NCBI GenBank assembly: GCA_965237955.1
Contig: OZ250169.1
Coordinates: forward strand, 2,048,001-2,112,000
Direction of reading: 5' to 3'
Source: Candidatus Marinacidobacterales bacterium
GTDB lineage: Bacteria; Acidobacteriota; Vicinamibacteria; Marinacidobacterales; SMYC01
DNA length: 64,000 bases
Positions 32,401-43,066 of this stretch are shown piece after piece. Position numbers and translations under genes: made by a program. The notes beneath the pieces are model-generated. The model was given only the letters and a program-made list of their open reading frames with translations. It was not told the origin of the DNA and did no database searches. How positions within the stretch are numbered: position 1 is the first letter of the stretch; the number at the start of each line of letters is the position of its first letter.

Positions 32401-32850
32401 TCAGTACACGGTCTCGCCGTTGATATGGAACGACATGTCGTCGCCGTAAGTAACGAGCGGCGGATCTTGGTCGTAACCGGCCTTGGCCATCTGCGCCCGG
32501 ACGTTGTCGTGACCGAAGATGAGCGTTCCCATTTTTCCAAAATTCTCATTGCCGCCGGTGTGATCCGGATGCATGTGAGTGTTGACGAGAAAGCGAATCG
32601 GTTTGTCGGAAACGGTTCGCACTGCGGCAACAATCTTGTCAGTCAACGGAGCATATTGATCATCGATCAAGAACACGCCGTCCTCACCGACGAAGAGCCC
32701 GATGTTCCCGCCGGCGCCTTCGATGTAGGACACCTGGCCCACGACCGGATACACCGTCATTTCCACGGCGTCGAAGTCCGGCTGGGCGGCCGCGAGACCA
32801 GTCACGACCCACGTTGCTGCTGAAACCAAAAACACGGTCTTTTTCATCAT
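32401..32850 (-). pseudogene. Secreted metallo-beta-lactamase-fold hydrolase (cyclase-like), 3'-truncated
   Basis: GGNIG, LIDDQY and NTHMHPDHTGGN motifs; stops before the later His/Asp ligands. Confidence 0.8.
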
Positions 32851-32958
32851 CCGTGCCTTTCCCGAGCCAGAATCGAGGCGTTGAGCGCCCGAACCCGCTA
32901 ATTCTACCGTAAAATTCCTCGTCCTTTTTCGCGCTGGCGGCGTTGCTCCTCGTGGGGA

Positions 32959-33570
32959 TTAGTTGTCGAGGAGTTTGAGAATGGTGTCTTCTATCTCGCG
33001 GTATTCCCGATGGCAGCTTTCGTGGTTCCGCCAGTGGAGTCCAGCTTCTCCCAGATGGTACTCGCCGCCGGGGTGGACGTAGCGGACGACACCCTGCTTG
33101 TCGACGAGGAAGGAAACGGAGGTCCACGCCTGTACCTCGTGGTCGAGCCACCAGCGGTGGAGCGCTATCCAATCCGCGTCGAGGGCCACCGGGAAGGTGA
33201 AGCCGAAGCGCTCGGTCGCCCGCCGCAGCCGTTCGACGCTCCTATCGCCGGGCGGCTTGGGGTGAAAGATGCCGATGACCCGGAGGCCCCGACCTCGGTA
33301 CTTGCGGTTGAGCTCCCGCAGCACGGGCGCCGTCGTGGAGCAAAAGGGACAAGTGTCCGTCCACCAACGGACGAGTAGTACATTTCCCTTCAAGTCGGCC
33401 GGCTCGAGCGGATCCGCGTTCAACCACGCTTTTAGCTCGAAGGGGGGTGCCGCTTGGCCGATGCGGCCTTCGCCACCGATACGGCCGGGAAAATTCTCGC
33501 GTCCGGCGACAGACTGGGAGAGCGCGACGAGAAGACCGGGCAGTAATAGAGAATGGCTTGGGAGTTTCAC
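32959..33570 (-). CDS. TlpA/peroxiredoxin-like thioredoxin-fold protein
   Basis: Signal peptide, WWTDTCPFC, FLVDKQGVVRY. Confidence 0.85.
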   Translation of the reverse strand: MKLPSHSLLLPGLLVALSQSVAGRENFPGRIGGEGRIGQAAPPFELKAWLNADPLEPADLKGNVLLVRWWTDTCPFCSTTAPVLRELNRKYRGRGLRVIGIFHPKPPGDRSVERLRRATERFGFTFPVALDADWIALHRWWLDHEVQAWTSVSFLVDKQGVVRYVHPGGEYHLGEAGLHWRNHESCHREYREIEDTILKLLDN

Positions 33571-33883
33571 AAGCTAAACCCGCTCCACTTCGACACGGGT
33601 GCTTCTGAAATCAAGTGTTGGTGGCCGCCGCGTAACCCGCTCACGTGCTGGAGTTTGAGCCTTATTTCGAAGGGACACAGTTCTTTCGGCGATGCAGACT
33701 GAGCTGACCAGGCGGTGCCTGACGTTCAGCAACATCTTCGTGTGCACGCCGACATCATTATTACATGCGATGGCGTCCTGTGCCGAAACTTGATCCACTG
33801 GCAACGTTACAAGCGAGCAATCGATGCGGCGTGGACGGAGGGACCCGCGACAACCATTGAGCAGAGCTACCCTTTGGGCGGGC

Positions 33884-34976
33884 CGTTGCCTTGGTGCACA
33901 ACTCGCGATCTCGGTCCACAATTGTCCTGTACTCGCGGATACGAGGTTCCCCATGAGCATTTTCAAACGCACTCAGCGGAAGTATGTGAAGAAGGCCTAT
34001 CGCGTGAGGAATTGGCGTGAATATGAGGCGGGTCTACGCAACCGCGGGAGCCTGACCGTCTGGATCTCGCTCACCGCCGGCAAGCTTGTGAACTGGGACG
34101 CGCCCCGGCCAAGGAGGAGGAAACCGGGCCGTCAACGCAAGTACTCGAACCACGCCATCGAGACGGCTGTCACCCTGGGCATGGTGTTTCATCTGTCATC
34201 TAGGCAGAGCGAGGGATTGCTGCGGTCGTTGTTCGCTCTGATGAAGCTAGACAATGATGTGCCCGATCACACCACGATCTCGAGGCGCAAGGCGAAGCTG
34301 GGTAAGGTCCCCTTCTACCAAGACAAGCAGAAGACGCCGTTGCACATCTTGATCGACAGCAGCGGTCTCGCTGTCCACGCCGGCCAGCTGCGCAGAGCAC
34401 CAAAGAGCAGGGACTATCGCAAGCTCCATCTGTGTGTCGACGAGCAGACTGGCGAAGTCGTCGCCGGCGAGCTGACGAGCAAAAGAGCCCGCGATTCATC
34501 GCGGGTTGCATCGCTTGTCGGACAGATCGACAGTCCCATCTCATCGGCCAGAGCTGACACCGCATACGACGCCGGCGGTGTCTATGAGGCAATCGAGAAT
34601 CACAGCGCTCATCGCTCGCCGAGGGTGTTGATACCGCCGCGCAAGGGCGCCCAGCTCGCATCGGGGCCGGCGAGCAGCCGACAGCGCAATCGCAACATTG
34701 CAGCACAAGCTCGGCTCGGCAAACGAAAGTGGCACACAGAATCGGGCTACAGCAAACGGAGCAAAGTCGAGACAACGTTCCATCGCTACAAGGCTATCGT
34801 GGGCTCAGCGATGCGAGCGAGAGGGTTGGCGGCACAGAGAGTCGAGGCAAGGATCGGGTGCAAGATTCTCAACACGATGACGGCGCTCGGGATGCCTGAT
34901 AGCGAGATGATCGGATGATGGGAGTCGGGGCCAAGCGAGCTCTCGGCCTCTATCGGAGTTGTGCACCAAGGCAGCG
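33884..34976 (+). mobile_element. IS5-family (IS903-group-like) element
   Basis: 21-bp TIR cg(t/c)tgccttggtgcacaactc at both ends; no flanking direct repeat. Confidence 0.9.
33953..34918 (+). CDS. IS5-family transposase
   Basis: YRVRNWREYEAGLRNRGSLTVW, PDHTTISRR, IDSSG, ADTAYD and GYSKRSKVET motifs. Confidence 0.93.
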   Translation: MSIFKRTQRKYVKKAYRVRNWREYEAGLRNRGSLTVWISLTAGKLVNWDAPRPRRRKPGRQRKYSNHAIETAVTLGMVFHLSSRQSEGLLRSLFALMKLDNDVPDHTTISRRKAKLGKVPFYQDKQKTPLHILIDSSGLAVHAGQLRRAPKSRDYRKLHLCVDEQTGEVVAGELTSKRARDSSRVASLVGQIDSPISSARADTAYDAGGVYEAIENHSAHRSPRVLIPPRKGAQLASGPASSRQRNRNIAAQARLGKRKWHTESGYSKRSKVETTFHRYKAIVGSAMRARGLAAQRVEARIGCKILNTMTALGMPDSEMIG

Positions 34977-36280
34977 AGCCCGCGGGAAGCTCCGAAAGGG
35001 CGACACCCGTCTGAGACAAGATGTCGGCCATGAGAGGCTCCACCGCGCGCGCAATCCCTTTCGCGAGGAGCTCGAGCCCTTCGACTCTTTCGAAGCGGAG
35101 ATATTCGCCACGCTCGGCTTCCGACTGCTCGTGATCCACGGTGAGCTTCGCGTTCTCCTCTTTGAGCTCTTCGATCTCGCCTTGCAGACGCTGATGCACC
35201 TCGAGCTCGGCCACGCGCTGCTGGTCGATCCGGGCCGTCGCGTCACGAGCTTGCCGTAGTTGGGTCTCGCGACGATCGGTCACGTCGCGAAAAATGCCTA
35301 CCCCGCCAAGGATCTCGCCGCGATCCTCCGTCAGCGGTGAGTAGTACCCGTCGAAGTAGACTTGGCGACCGGTCTCGCCATGGGTGAACGGGCGATTGCG
35401 GGACGTCGACGTCGTGCCCGCGAGCGCATCGCGAAAATACCGGTCCTCGCCGAGCTCTTTGAGCTGGGGAAGAGCTTGAAATGCGTTCTTGCCGAGAAGT
35501 TTGTTCTTGCGAATGCCGAGAATGCGCTCCATCGCCGGATTCCAATACGTGACGTTGAAGCTGCGGTCGAAGGCCATGATGCCGTCGACGCTCTTGTGAA
35601 CGAGACGGCTGAAGAATCCCCACTGTCGCCGGAGACGGTTCTCCAAACGCTTGCGCGCGGTGATGTCGCGAGTCACGAACAGCAAGAGCTCTTCGTTATC
35701 GACGGTGGCGAACCCGATCGAAGCTTCCACGGGGAACCGGGATCCGTCGCGACGGCGGTGGACGCCTTCGAGGTACATCACATCGTGGCTTTTGCGGACA
35801 CCCTCGACCCAGTCGTGCCACGCGCTCGCCGGGGTCAGCGGCAAGCCGACTTCGATGTGGTTGAGCGACAACTCGAGGAGCTCTTCCCGGGAGTAGCCGA
35901 GCACCCGGCTCGCGGTCTGATTCACGTCGAGACACCGCCCCGTGTAAGGTTCCACCACGAGGATCGACTCCCCCGACTGGTCCAAAAGCTTGCGGAACCG
36001 CTCACGCTCGAGATCGCGGCGTTTCTTCGTCGTGATCTCGTGGAAGACCGCCATGATGTCCTGTTCGTAGTGCTCCAGGTCTCCAGGGTCCGGGTGGCCT
36101 CCACGGTGGCCCGGATGGAGCGTTCGAGGCGGTCGGCGTTGAGCTGGGATTCGTCCCGATCGAGCTTCTGAGAAAGGGCGACAATCGTCTCTCGGTTCAG
36201 CGGATGAGCGGCCTGACCCTCCAGATTCTGGAGAATCCGCCTAAACTCCCGCAGATGTCCGAGATAATCATCCAAAACCC
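34977..36280 (-). pseudogene. PAS-PAS sensor kinase-like protein, 3' end removed at the IS5 and frameshifted near 36085
   Basis: Two PAS/PAC domains (LGYSREEL..., RDITARKR, RDVTDRR), a coiled coil, then a degenerate H-box region cut by the IS. Confidence 0.75.
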
Positions 36281-36536
36281 ACCCCCTGACGAGCGACGAC
36301 CCCGCTCGCGAGGACCCCACCGAACTCGACCGCCAGCGGATTCGACGTGTACCGCAATGACGCGCCGAGGTCGAGCCCGGATTCTGTCACCAAGCATGCA
36401 CCGCCCCGGTCGGCCGCGCGCCCCGAGCCCGTCCCCCCCAACGGAAACGGGCCGGCGAGAATGTACCTCGACCGCCCCCCCGGAATCAACTTGCGGTCGG
36501 GCGGCGCTGACCGATAGTCTGCACCTAGGACATCCA

Positions 36537-37406
36537 ATGCTTTCGCGATCCAAATTTGCGATGTGGCTCATCTGCGGGTTCTCCGTGCTGGCGAGCTCGG
36601 CTCGAGCAGAACAACCGGCGACAAAGCTCGCTTCCTGGTACGAAGCGCTCGGGGAGCCGAGACCTTAGGAGTCGTTTGGCCGCTACCTCGCGAGGACCGC
36701 TCGGATACAACACGGAGTAAAATACACAGAAGTTTCGCAACCGCCCGGCGCCGAGACCCTGGATGTCAACGTGGACGCGTTCGAGTGCGTCTCGTTCATC
36801 GAGTCCACGCTCGCGGTCGCGCGTTGCGCGTGGGAATCCGAGCCGACCGAGGGCTGTTTCGTCCGAGAGCTAGAGGCGACGCGGTACCGTAGCGGTCGGA
36901 TGGGCGACTACACGAGCAGGCTCCACTACTTCATCGATTGGATCGGTGACAACGAGAGCCGCGGGCGCCTCTTGAATATGACAGCCTCGCTCGGCGGCGA
37001 ACCGGTCCAGAGGGATTTCTTCTACATTACCGAGCGCGTCCTGAAGCGTTTGGATGTGAAAGAAGATGAGCTGGCGTCCCTGACGTCAATGACCCGTGAG
37101 ATGCAAACCACCGAGGCGCGTTTGAGCGCGACGACACATTCGGTGCTGACTCGAGAGAGCGCTCCCCCGGTTCTGAGCGATCTCCAGGACGGGGATCTCG
37201 TCGCTTTTGTGAGGGAGCGGCCTGGACTTCTCGTGCGCCACGCCGGCTTCGTATATTGGGCGAACGGAACGCCCCGCCTGCTCCACGCCTCGAGCTACCA
37301 CGGTCGTGTGGTCATCACCGTCCGGGACTTGACGAACTACCTGCTGCGTCGCCCCGAGCGGCGAGGCGTCATCGTGGCCCGCCCCATCGTTCCGCGAAAA
37401 CGCTGA
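36537..37406 (+). pseudogene. DUF1460 amidase-like exported protein with an in-frame TAG at 36666-36668
   Basis: Signal peptide, FECVSFIE, RYRSG, RLHYFIDW and LLHASS all lie in one frame either side of the stop. Confidence 0.8.
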
Positions 37407-37486
37407 TTTCCGGTACATAATGGCGGTTTGACCGCAGAATCGAACACAATCTTATCCTTCACCGTATACAGTTTCATTCAAGGAGG

Positions 37487-38152
37487 ATGTTCTTGATGTG
37501 GCGCGCGCTCGCGTTCTCGCTCACGCTGATAGCGGTTTTGGCCCCGACTGCTTTCGCTCAGCACAAGTTCGAAATCTCACCCTACGGGGGTATTCGTACC
37601 GCGGGAAGCTTCCGCGGCGAAGATCAGCTGGTCTTATACAACGTCTCGAGTGCCCCGACCTTCGGCGTGTTCGCGGACTTCATGGTGACACACCAACTCG
37701 CGATCGAGTTCCTCTGGGGACACGAAGGCTCCACCGTCAACAAGAAGACCACCGTTCTCGGTGGAGACGTGCCCACGCCGCCTGTCGAACCTGAAGCGCC
37801 CGACGGGGAGCTATTCGATCTGGGGATCGACTACTTCCACGGCGGCGTCCGCTTCGACGGCGGCAACGAGAAGTACACGCCCTACATCGCCGCAGGCGCC
37901 GGCGCGACTCGATTCAGTCCCGACGCCGCCATGGCCTCGAGCGTGACCAAGTTCTCGTTCTCCATCGGCGCCGGGATCAACGCCTACCTTACCGAGCGCA
38001 TCGGAGTCCGCTTCGACGCCCGCGCCTTCGGCACCCGGACCGGCGATCGCCAAGAAGACTTCGCCTGCGGCGTCTTCGGCTGCGTAACCTTCGAACGCCT
38101 ATCCACTTTCTGGCAAAGCCATTTTGTGGGGGCATTAATAATTCGCTTCTGA
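37487..38152 (+). CDS. Outer-membrane beta-barrel protein
   Basis: Signal peptide, amphipathic strands, terminal Phe, RBS aaggagg. Confidence 0.8.
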   Translation: MFLMWRALAFSLTLIAVLAPTAFAQHKFEISPYGGIRTAGSFRGEDQLVLYNVSSAPTFGVFADFMVTHQLAIEFLWGHEGSTVNKKTTVLGGDVPTPPVEPEAPDGELFDLGIDYFHGGVRFDGGNEKYTPYIAAGAGATRFSPDAAMASSVTKFSFSIGAGINAYLTERIGVRFDARAFGTRTGDRQEDFACGVFGCVTFERLSTFWQSHFVGALIIRF

Positions 38153-39004
38153 TTCCAGAAAAAATCCGCGCAACAAATTCCTCGAGACCTCGAGCCGGTA
38201 AAACCGCGTCGATCTTAAATCATCAATCGGCGACACGTCCTCCTCCAAAAGCGCCACCGCTTCCTCCACAACCTCCCGCGTCGGCGTCTTCCCCGCCACA
38301 AACGCCTCGACCGCCCGAAGCCTCCTTACCGTCGGCGCCATGCTCCCGAGCGCGAACCGCAGCTCACGGATAGTACCGTCCCTGCGCAACCACAAAAGCC
38401 CGGCCGCTACCGTCTTCGAGATCGCCGAAGCCGCCCGCGTGCCCACTTTGCGAAACAGCTGCCGCGCGGGTTTCTTGGGATAGTCGATATCGATGGATTC
38501 GATCAGCTCACCCCGGCCGAGTACCGTTTTCTTCACACCCTCGAACACGTCGACGAACGGCAGGGTTCGCCGACCCGAAGCCGAGAGCACGCGAACGCGC
38601 GCGTCATAAACAGCGAGCGGCGGAAATGTATCGCCCGCGGGCGACGCGTTCGCGATGTTCCCCCCTAAAGTCCCTCGCGTTTGGATCTGCCATCCACCGA
38701 TGGTCGCGCACGCTTCGGTAAGAAGTGGAAACCGTTTCGCCACCCGCGGATCATGCTGCAGCTGCCAGTGTGTGGTGAGCGCCCCGAGCCGCAACCCATC
38801 GCCGCTCTCGCGAACACGTCTCCACGGCGTGATGGCACCGAGATCGAGTATCAGGCGGCCGTTCTCGCTCCCGGCGTTCCAAGCGACCATGAAGTCCGTG
38901 CCCCCGGCGAGTGGCAGCGCGTCCGCGTGACGCGCGTACGCGTCCATGGCTTCTCGAATCGTGCGCGGCCGGAGGACGCGCATGCTCGCCGCATCGCCTC
39001 TCAT
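38135..39004 (-). CDS. Xanthine dehydrogenase-family FAD-binding subunit
   Basis: LAGGTD and IQTRGTLGGNIANASPAGD motifs. Confidence 0.9.
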   Translation of the reverse strand: MRGDAASMRVLRPRTIREAMDAYARHADALPLAGGTDFMVAWNAGSENGRLILDLGAITPWRRVRESGDGLRLGALTTHWQLQHDPRVAKRFPLLTEACATIGGWQIQTRGTLGGNIANASPAGDTFPPLAVYDARVRVLSASGRRTLPFVDVFEGVKKTVLGRGELIESIDIDYPKKPARQLFRKVGTRAASAISKTVAAGLLWLRRDGTIRELRFALGSMAPTVRRLRAVEAFVAGKTPTREVVEEAVALLEEDVSPIDDLRSTRFYRLEVSRNLLRGFFLESEANY

Positions 39005-39489
39005 TTCTTCTTGGTCCCCTTGCTCCTCTTGCCGCGCGCGTTGCGTACAGTCGAGACGACCGAGTCGACGATGTGCTGGTAGCCGGTGCAACGGCAGAGA
39101 TTTCCGGCAAGTGCGGTGCGGATCGCATCGGGATCGTCACGCCCCCCGTCGCGCAGAAAAGCCCACGCGCTCATCACCATTCCCGGCGTACAAATACCGC
39201 ACTGTGCTCCACCCTCGGTGAGAAAGGCCGCTTGCAGCGGCGCAAGATCTTCAGGCTTGCCCAGAGCTTCGATCGTCTCGACGCGGGAACCGTCCGCCTG
39301 GTACACCGGAATCAAGCACGAATTCACGAGCTCGCCGTCGAGAAACACGGTGCACGCGCCGCACTCGCCCTCGCCGCAACCTTCTTTAGTGCCGGTCAGC
39401 CCGAAGTCGCCCCGCAAGACGTCGATGAGACGGGTGAACTCCGGGCCTTGAAACGCGCGCTTCTTGCCGTTAACTCTGAGCTCGATCAT
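39001..39489 (-). CDS. Xanthine dehydrogenase-family 2Fe-2S subunit
   Basis: GTKEGCGEGECGAC, QCGICTPG and GNLCRCTGY motifs. Confidence 0.93.
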   Translation of the reverse strand: MIELRVNGKKRAFQGPEFTRLIDVLRGDFGLTGTKEGCGEGECGACTVFLDGELVNSCLIPVYQADGSRVETIEALGKPEDLAPLQAAFLTEGGAQCGICTPGMVMSAWAFLRDGGRDDPDAIRTALAGNLCRCTGYQHIVDSVVSTVRNARGKRSKGTKKK

Positions 39490-41695
39490 GAAACGCCTTA
39501 CAAAGCCGCTCGGGCAGGATAGGTAGCTCGGTCATGAACAGACCCGTCGCGTCATGGATCGCGGCAGCGACCGCGGGCGCGGGCACGTCCATCGGAAGCT
39601 CGCCCACACCTTTCGCGCCGAACGGACCTTTCGAATAGGGCGCTTCGACGATGGTGACGTCCATGTTCGGTGTGTCCAACGTCGTGGGAATGATGTAGTT
39701 GGTGAACTGAGCGTTTTGCATGACACCGCGATCGTCGAGAACCGTGTTCTCGAGAAGCGCGTAACCGAGCGCCTGAGCGGTCCCGCCGATGATCTGGCCT
39801 TCGACGAGGAGTGGATTGATGGCTTTACCGACGTCCTGCGCGGTGACGACATCACGAATCGTGATCTCGTACGTCGTCTTGTCGACTTCGAGATCGACGA
39901 CCATAGCGGCGTAGCTGAAGACACCGTAGGCATCGCCGCGATAAGACTCTTCGTCCCAGGTAAACTCGCCCGGTTTTTCGTACTGCTCGACGAAATCGAT
40001 CGAATCTTTCGATCCACACACGCGTGCCGCAGACGCGGCCAGTCCATCACGCGTGAGTGGCCAATGCGCACCTGCTTGCACAAGCTCCTTCTCGAGCTTC
40101 TTCGCAGCGCGGTGCAAAAGTCCACCGACGATCATGCACGTACGACTCGCCACGGTTGGCCCGGAGTTCGGGACTTTGCTCGTGTCAGGGGTCTCGACCT
40201 CGATCCAATCGTAGGGAACGTCGAGCGCATCGGCGACGATCTGCGCGAGGATCGTCGTCGTGCCTTGACCGATCTCCGTCGACGCCGCGTCGATGCGAAT
40301 CGTGCCGTCCCTGGTCAACTCGACCCCGGCTCGACTCCGCAAAAAAACTTCACCGCTTCCTGTGAACCCAGCGCCATGAAACACGGTGGCAAGGCCGATA
40401 CCCCTCCACGTCGGCTTTTTCTTCGAACGGTTCCATTGTGCGTGTCGCGACTTCTTCTCACGAAACCTGCTGCGAGACAGTACCCGATCGAGCACCATCT
40501 CAGCGCCGACACTCTCATGCAGCGTCTGTCCCGTGGCCGTGACCGAGCCTTCGCGGAGCAAGTTGGTCTGCCGGAGCGCGACCGAATCCATACCGATCCG
40601 AGACGCGATTTTCTCCATGTGGAGCTCGGCGGCGAAAAGCGTTTGCGGCGCGCCGAATCCACGGAACGCACCGTTCGGCGGCGTGTTGGTGGCGACGACT
40701 TGTCCGACGATACGGACGTTCGGGCACTCGTACGGTCCGCTCGCATGAAGAATGCCGCGGGAGAGCACTACGGGCGACAACGTGACGTAGGCGCCGCCGT
40801 CCATGAGAACGTCGATATCCTGGGCGACGATCGTGCCGTCACCCCGAACGCCGGTCCGGTGTCGCACCCGAGCGGGATGGCGTTTCGTCGTCGCCCGCAT
40901 GTCCTCGTGCCGGTCGTAGATCATCTTCACCGGACGTTTCGCTCTGAGCGACAGCAGGGTCGCGTGGCCTGCGAGCATGTTCGGATACTCTTCTTTGCCT
41001 CCGAAACCGCCACCCGTCGTCGTTTGGATGACGCGGACTTTTTCGGGCTCTCGCGGAAAGAGCAGCAACATCGCTTTGTGCACGTAGTAGGGGTACTGCA
41101 TCGATCCCATGAGCACGAGCGTGCCGTCCTCCCACGCGGCCATCCCATTGTTCTCGATGTACGCCTGTTCCTGATGAGGGACGCGATACTCTTCCTCGAC
41201 GATGACGTCCGCGTCGTGGAATCCCCGGCCGATATCGCCCTTCACGATCTCGAAACGCTTGAAGACGTTGTCGTTCCCGTAGAGAAGTCTCTTGCCTTCG
41301 AGTGCTTCTTCCATCGTCAGCACGGGATCCCACTCCTCGTACTCGACGTCGATGTGCTCGAGCGCGTCGTAGGCCTTCGCCCGATCCTCGTGGCCAAGCA
41401 CGAGGATGGGCTCCTCGGCATGATGCACTTCGCGATCGACGAGAAGGGGTTGGTCGACTTCGATGAGATAGACGTAGTTCTCACCGGGAATATCTTGGGC
41501 GGTCACTACGACGGCGTCATCCCAGTTGTACGCCGGATCGAAACGGATCTCTTTGACGACACCACGAGCGATGCTCGAGCGGAGCGTCACGCCATGGAGG
41601 CAATTGGGCAGATGGTAGTCGTCGATGTACTTGGCGGTGCCGGTGAGTTTGTCCGGACCTTCCTTGCGGCGGGAGCTTGCGCCAACACTCGACAT
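39470..41695 (-). CDS. Xanthine dehydrogenase-family molybdopterin-binding subunit
   Basis: GGGFGGKE, AFRGFGAPQ, EIGQG and GAKGVGE motifs. Confidence 0.93.
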   Translation of the reverse strand: MSSVGASSRRKEGPDKLTGTAKYIDDYHLPNCLHGVTLRSSIARGVVKEIRFDPAYNWDDAVVVTAQDIPGENYVYLIEVDQPLLVDREVHHAEEPILVLGHEDRAKAYDALEHIDVEYEEWDPVLTMEEALEGKRLLYGNDNVFKRFEIVKGDIGRGFHDADVIVEEEYRVPHQEQAYIENNGMAAWEDGTLVLMGSMQYPYYVHKAMLLLFPREPEKVRVIQTTTGGGFGGKEEYPNMLAGHATLLSLRAKRPVKMIYDRHEDMRATTKRHPARVRHRTGVRGDGTIVAQDIDVLMDGGAYVTLSPVVLSRGILHASGPYECPNVRIVGQVVATNTPPNGAFRGFGAPQTLFAAELHMEKIASRIGMDSVALRQTNLLREGSVTATGQTLHESVGAEMVLDRVLSRSRFREKKSRHAQWNRSKKKPTWRGIGLATVFHGAGFTGSGEVFLRSRAGVELTRDGTIRIDAASTEIGQGTTTILAQIVADALDVPYDWIEVETPDTSKVPNSGPTVASRTCMIVGGLLHRAAKKLEKELVQAGAHWPLTRDGLAASAARVCGSKDSIDFVEQYEKPGEFTWDEESYRGDAYGVFSYAAMVVDLEVDKTTYEITIRDVVTAQDVGKAINPLLVEGQIIGGTAQALGYALLENTVLDDRGVMQNAQFTNYIIPTTLDTPNMDVTIVEAPYSKGPFGAKGVGELPMDVPAPAVAAAIHDATGLFMTELPILPERLCKAFHDRAQS

Positions 41696-41756
41696 GGCTA
41701 CGTATCTTAAAACAAAACGGAAAGGCGCAGAGACGCTTTACTTTCCGCTTCTCTGG

Positions 41757-42095
41757 AGAGGCGCGATCCCCATTGCCGAGGCGCTTTTGATCTTCCGGCA
41801 GATTGCGGAAGGATTGGAAGCGGCCCATGAGAAAGGGATCATTCACCGCGACTTGAAGGCGGCCAACATCAAGATTACGCCGGACGGCAAGGTCAAGATT
41901 CTCGACTTCGGCCTCGCAAAAGCGTTCTCCAGTGAGGACGACGTTTCCGCGGCAACGTCGCAGTCTCCGACGCTCACCAAAGGCACAGCACTCGGCGCTA
42001 TCATGGGCACGGCCGCCTACATGAGCCCCGAGCAAGCGCGCGGAGACGCCGTAGACCGGAAAACGGACGGCTGGGCATCCGGCTGTTGTCTATAG
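41757..42095 (+). pseudogene. Internal fragment of a Hanks-type Ser/Thr kinase
   Basis: HRDLKAAN, DFGLAK and GTAAYMSPEQ motifs; no N-lobe and an early stop. Confidence 0.85.
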
Positions 42096-42143
42096 CAGCA
42101 GGGAAAGGAAATAACTCCGGGTTGGTCCAAGAGCGTTCGCAGC

Positions 42144-42896
42144 TTATCCGCCGCGCTCGTCGTCATCCTCCGCACTCTTACTCGTCTTCAGGAACACCGT
42201 AAACGGCCACCCCCATAGACCCGCCGTGCTCTCAGGAGCGAACATCTGCTTCGACAGCTTCGAGCCCACCACCACCAAACTACCGTAAAAGAGCATCCCG
42301 AACAGCATCAGCGCAATCGACGCCACCGTCTGAAGCGAGGTCAGAGACGCCGCATCCGCTGCATCGAGGGCGATCCAATCCCACAAGAAATGGAGAAGAA
42401 ACGCCGCGACCAGGCAGCGGACGAGCTGCGACCGCCAGCCGGGAACGCGCGTCCGAGCGAGGCCGATGCCGAAGCCTACGATGCCGGCCATGACGAGGTG
42501 GCCGAGAGGCCGCACGAGCTCCACCGGCAGCAACAACACGTCAGGCGCTTCGAGGAGTCCCAGCAAGTAGAACGACTCTTCGAGCGCCATCCCGAGACCG
42601 ACCATCGAACCGTACACGATGCCGTCCATTGGATCGTTGAACTGGCTGCGAAAGACCAAGGCGATGGCGATGACAATCGCGAGTCGAGCCGCCTCTTCGT
42701 GAAGCGCCGCCAGCGCCGCCACGGCGACGTGCGAGTCGACGAGGACGAGCGAGACGAGCGCGATCGCTCCCACGAGTCGCATCCCGAGGGCTCCGAGCAC
42801 GATCATGTACCACGGCTCGCGCTCGTAAAGGTCGTACCGATAGACGAGGAGCGCGGCGAGAAGGGCGCACAAGCCGAGCACGAAGTAGAGGGCCAT
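42144..42896 (-). CDS. PrsW-family intramembrane metalloprotease
   Basis: DLYEREP, HEE, MDGIVYG...GMALEES and LLHFLWD motifs. Confidence 0.85.
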   Translation of the reverse strand: MALYFVLGLCALLAALLVYRYDLYEREPWYMIVLGALGMRLVGAIALVSLVLVDSHVAVAALAALHEEAARLAIVIAIALVFRSQFNDPMDGIVYGSMVGLGMALEESFYLLGLLEAPDVLLLPVELVRPLGHLVMAGIVGFGIGLARTRVPGWRSQLVRCLVAAFLLHFLWDWIALDAADAASLTSLQTVASIALMLFGMLFYGSLVVVGSKLSKQMFAPESTAGLWGWPFTVFLKTSKSAEDDDERGG

Positions 42897-43002
42897 ACGG
42901 CCTTTCTAGTTTACGGGAAGTAATCCGAGTTGCGTGAAAATCCTATTTTTTTCCGTCTAACAAAGAGAAGCCCCTTTGACAGATTTCCCTCCTGTCAGCG
43001 GT

Positions 43003-43038
43003 GGCCAGGGGAGCCCGCAGCTCCCTTGGCCTTTTTTT
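43003..43038 (+). terminator. Rho-independent terminator-like hairpin
   Basis: ggccaggggagc-ccgca-gctcccttggcc followed by T7. Confidence 0.7.
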
Positions 43039-43066
43039 GTATCCGACCCGCTCCGAGCCTTTCTCC

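Noticed and set aside
36666-36668. Stop-codon recoding to explain in-frame stops
   Set aside because: The internal stops differ (TAG here, TAA in hsdR) and the same codons terminate normal genes in this window.
39554-41710. 718-aa plus-strand ORF and other long antisense ORFs (e.g. 44903-47227, 29906-31147, 56311-57771)
   Set aside because: Shadow frames of well-supported opposite-strand genes in GC-rich DNA.
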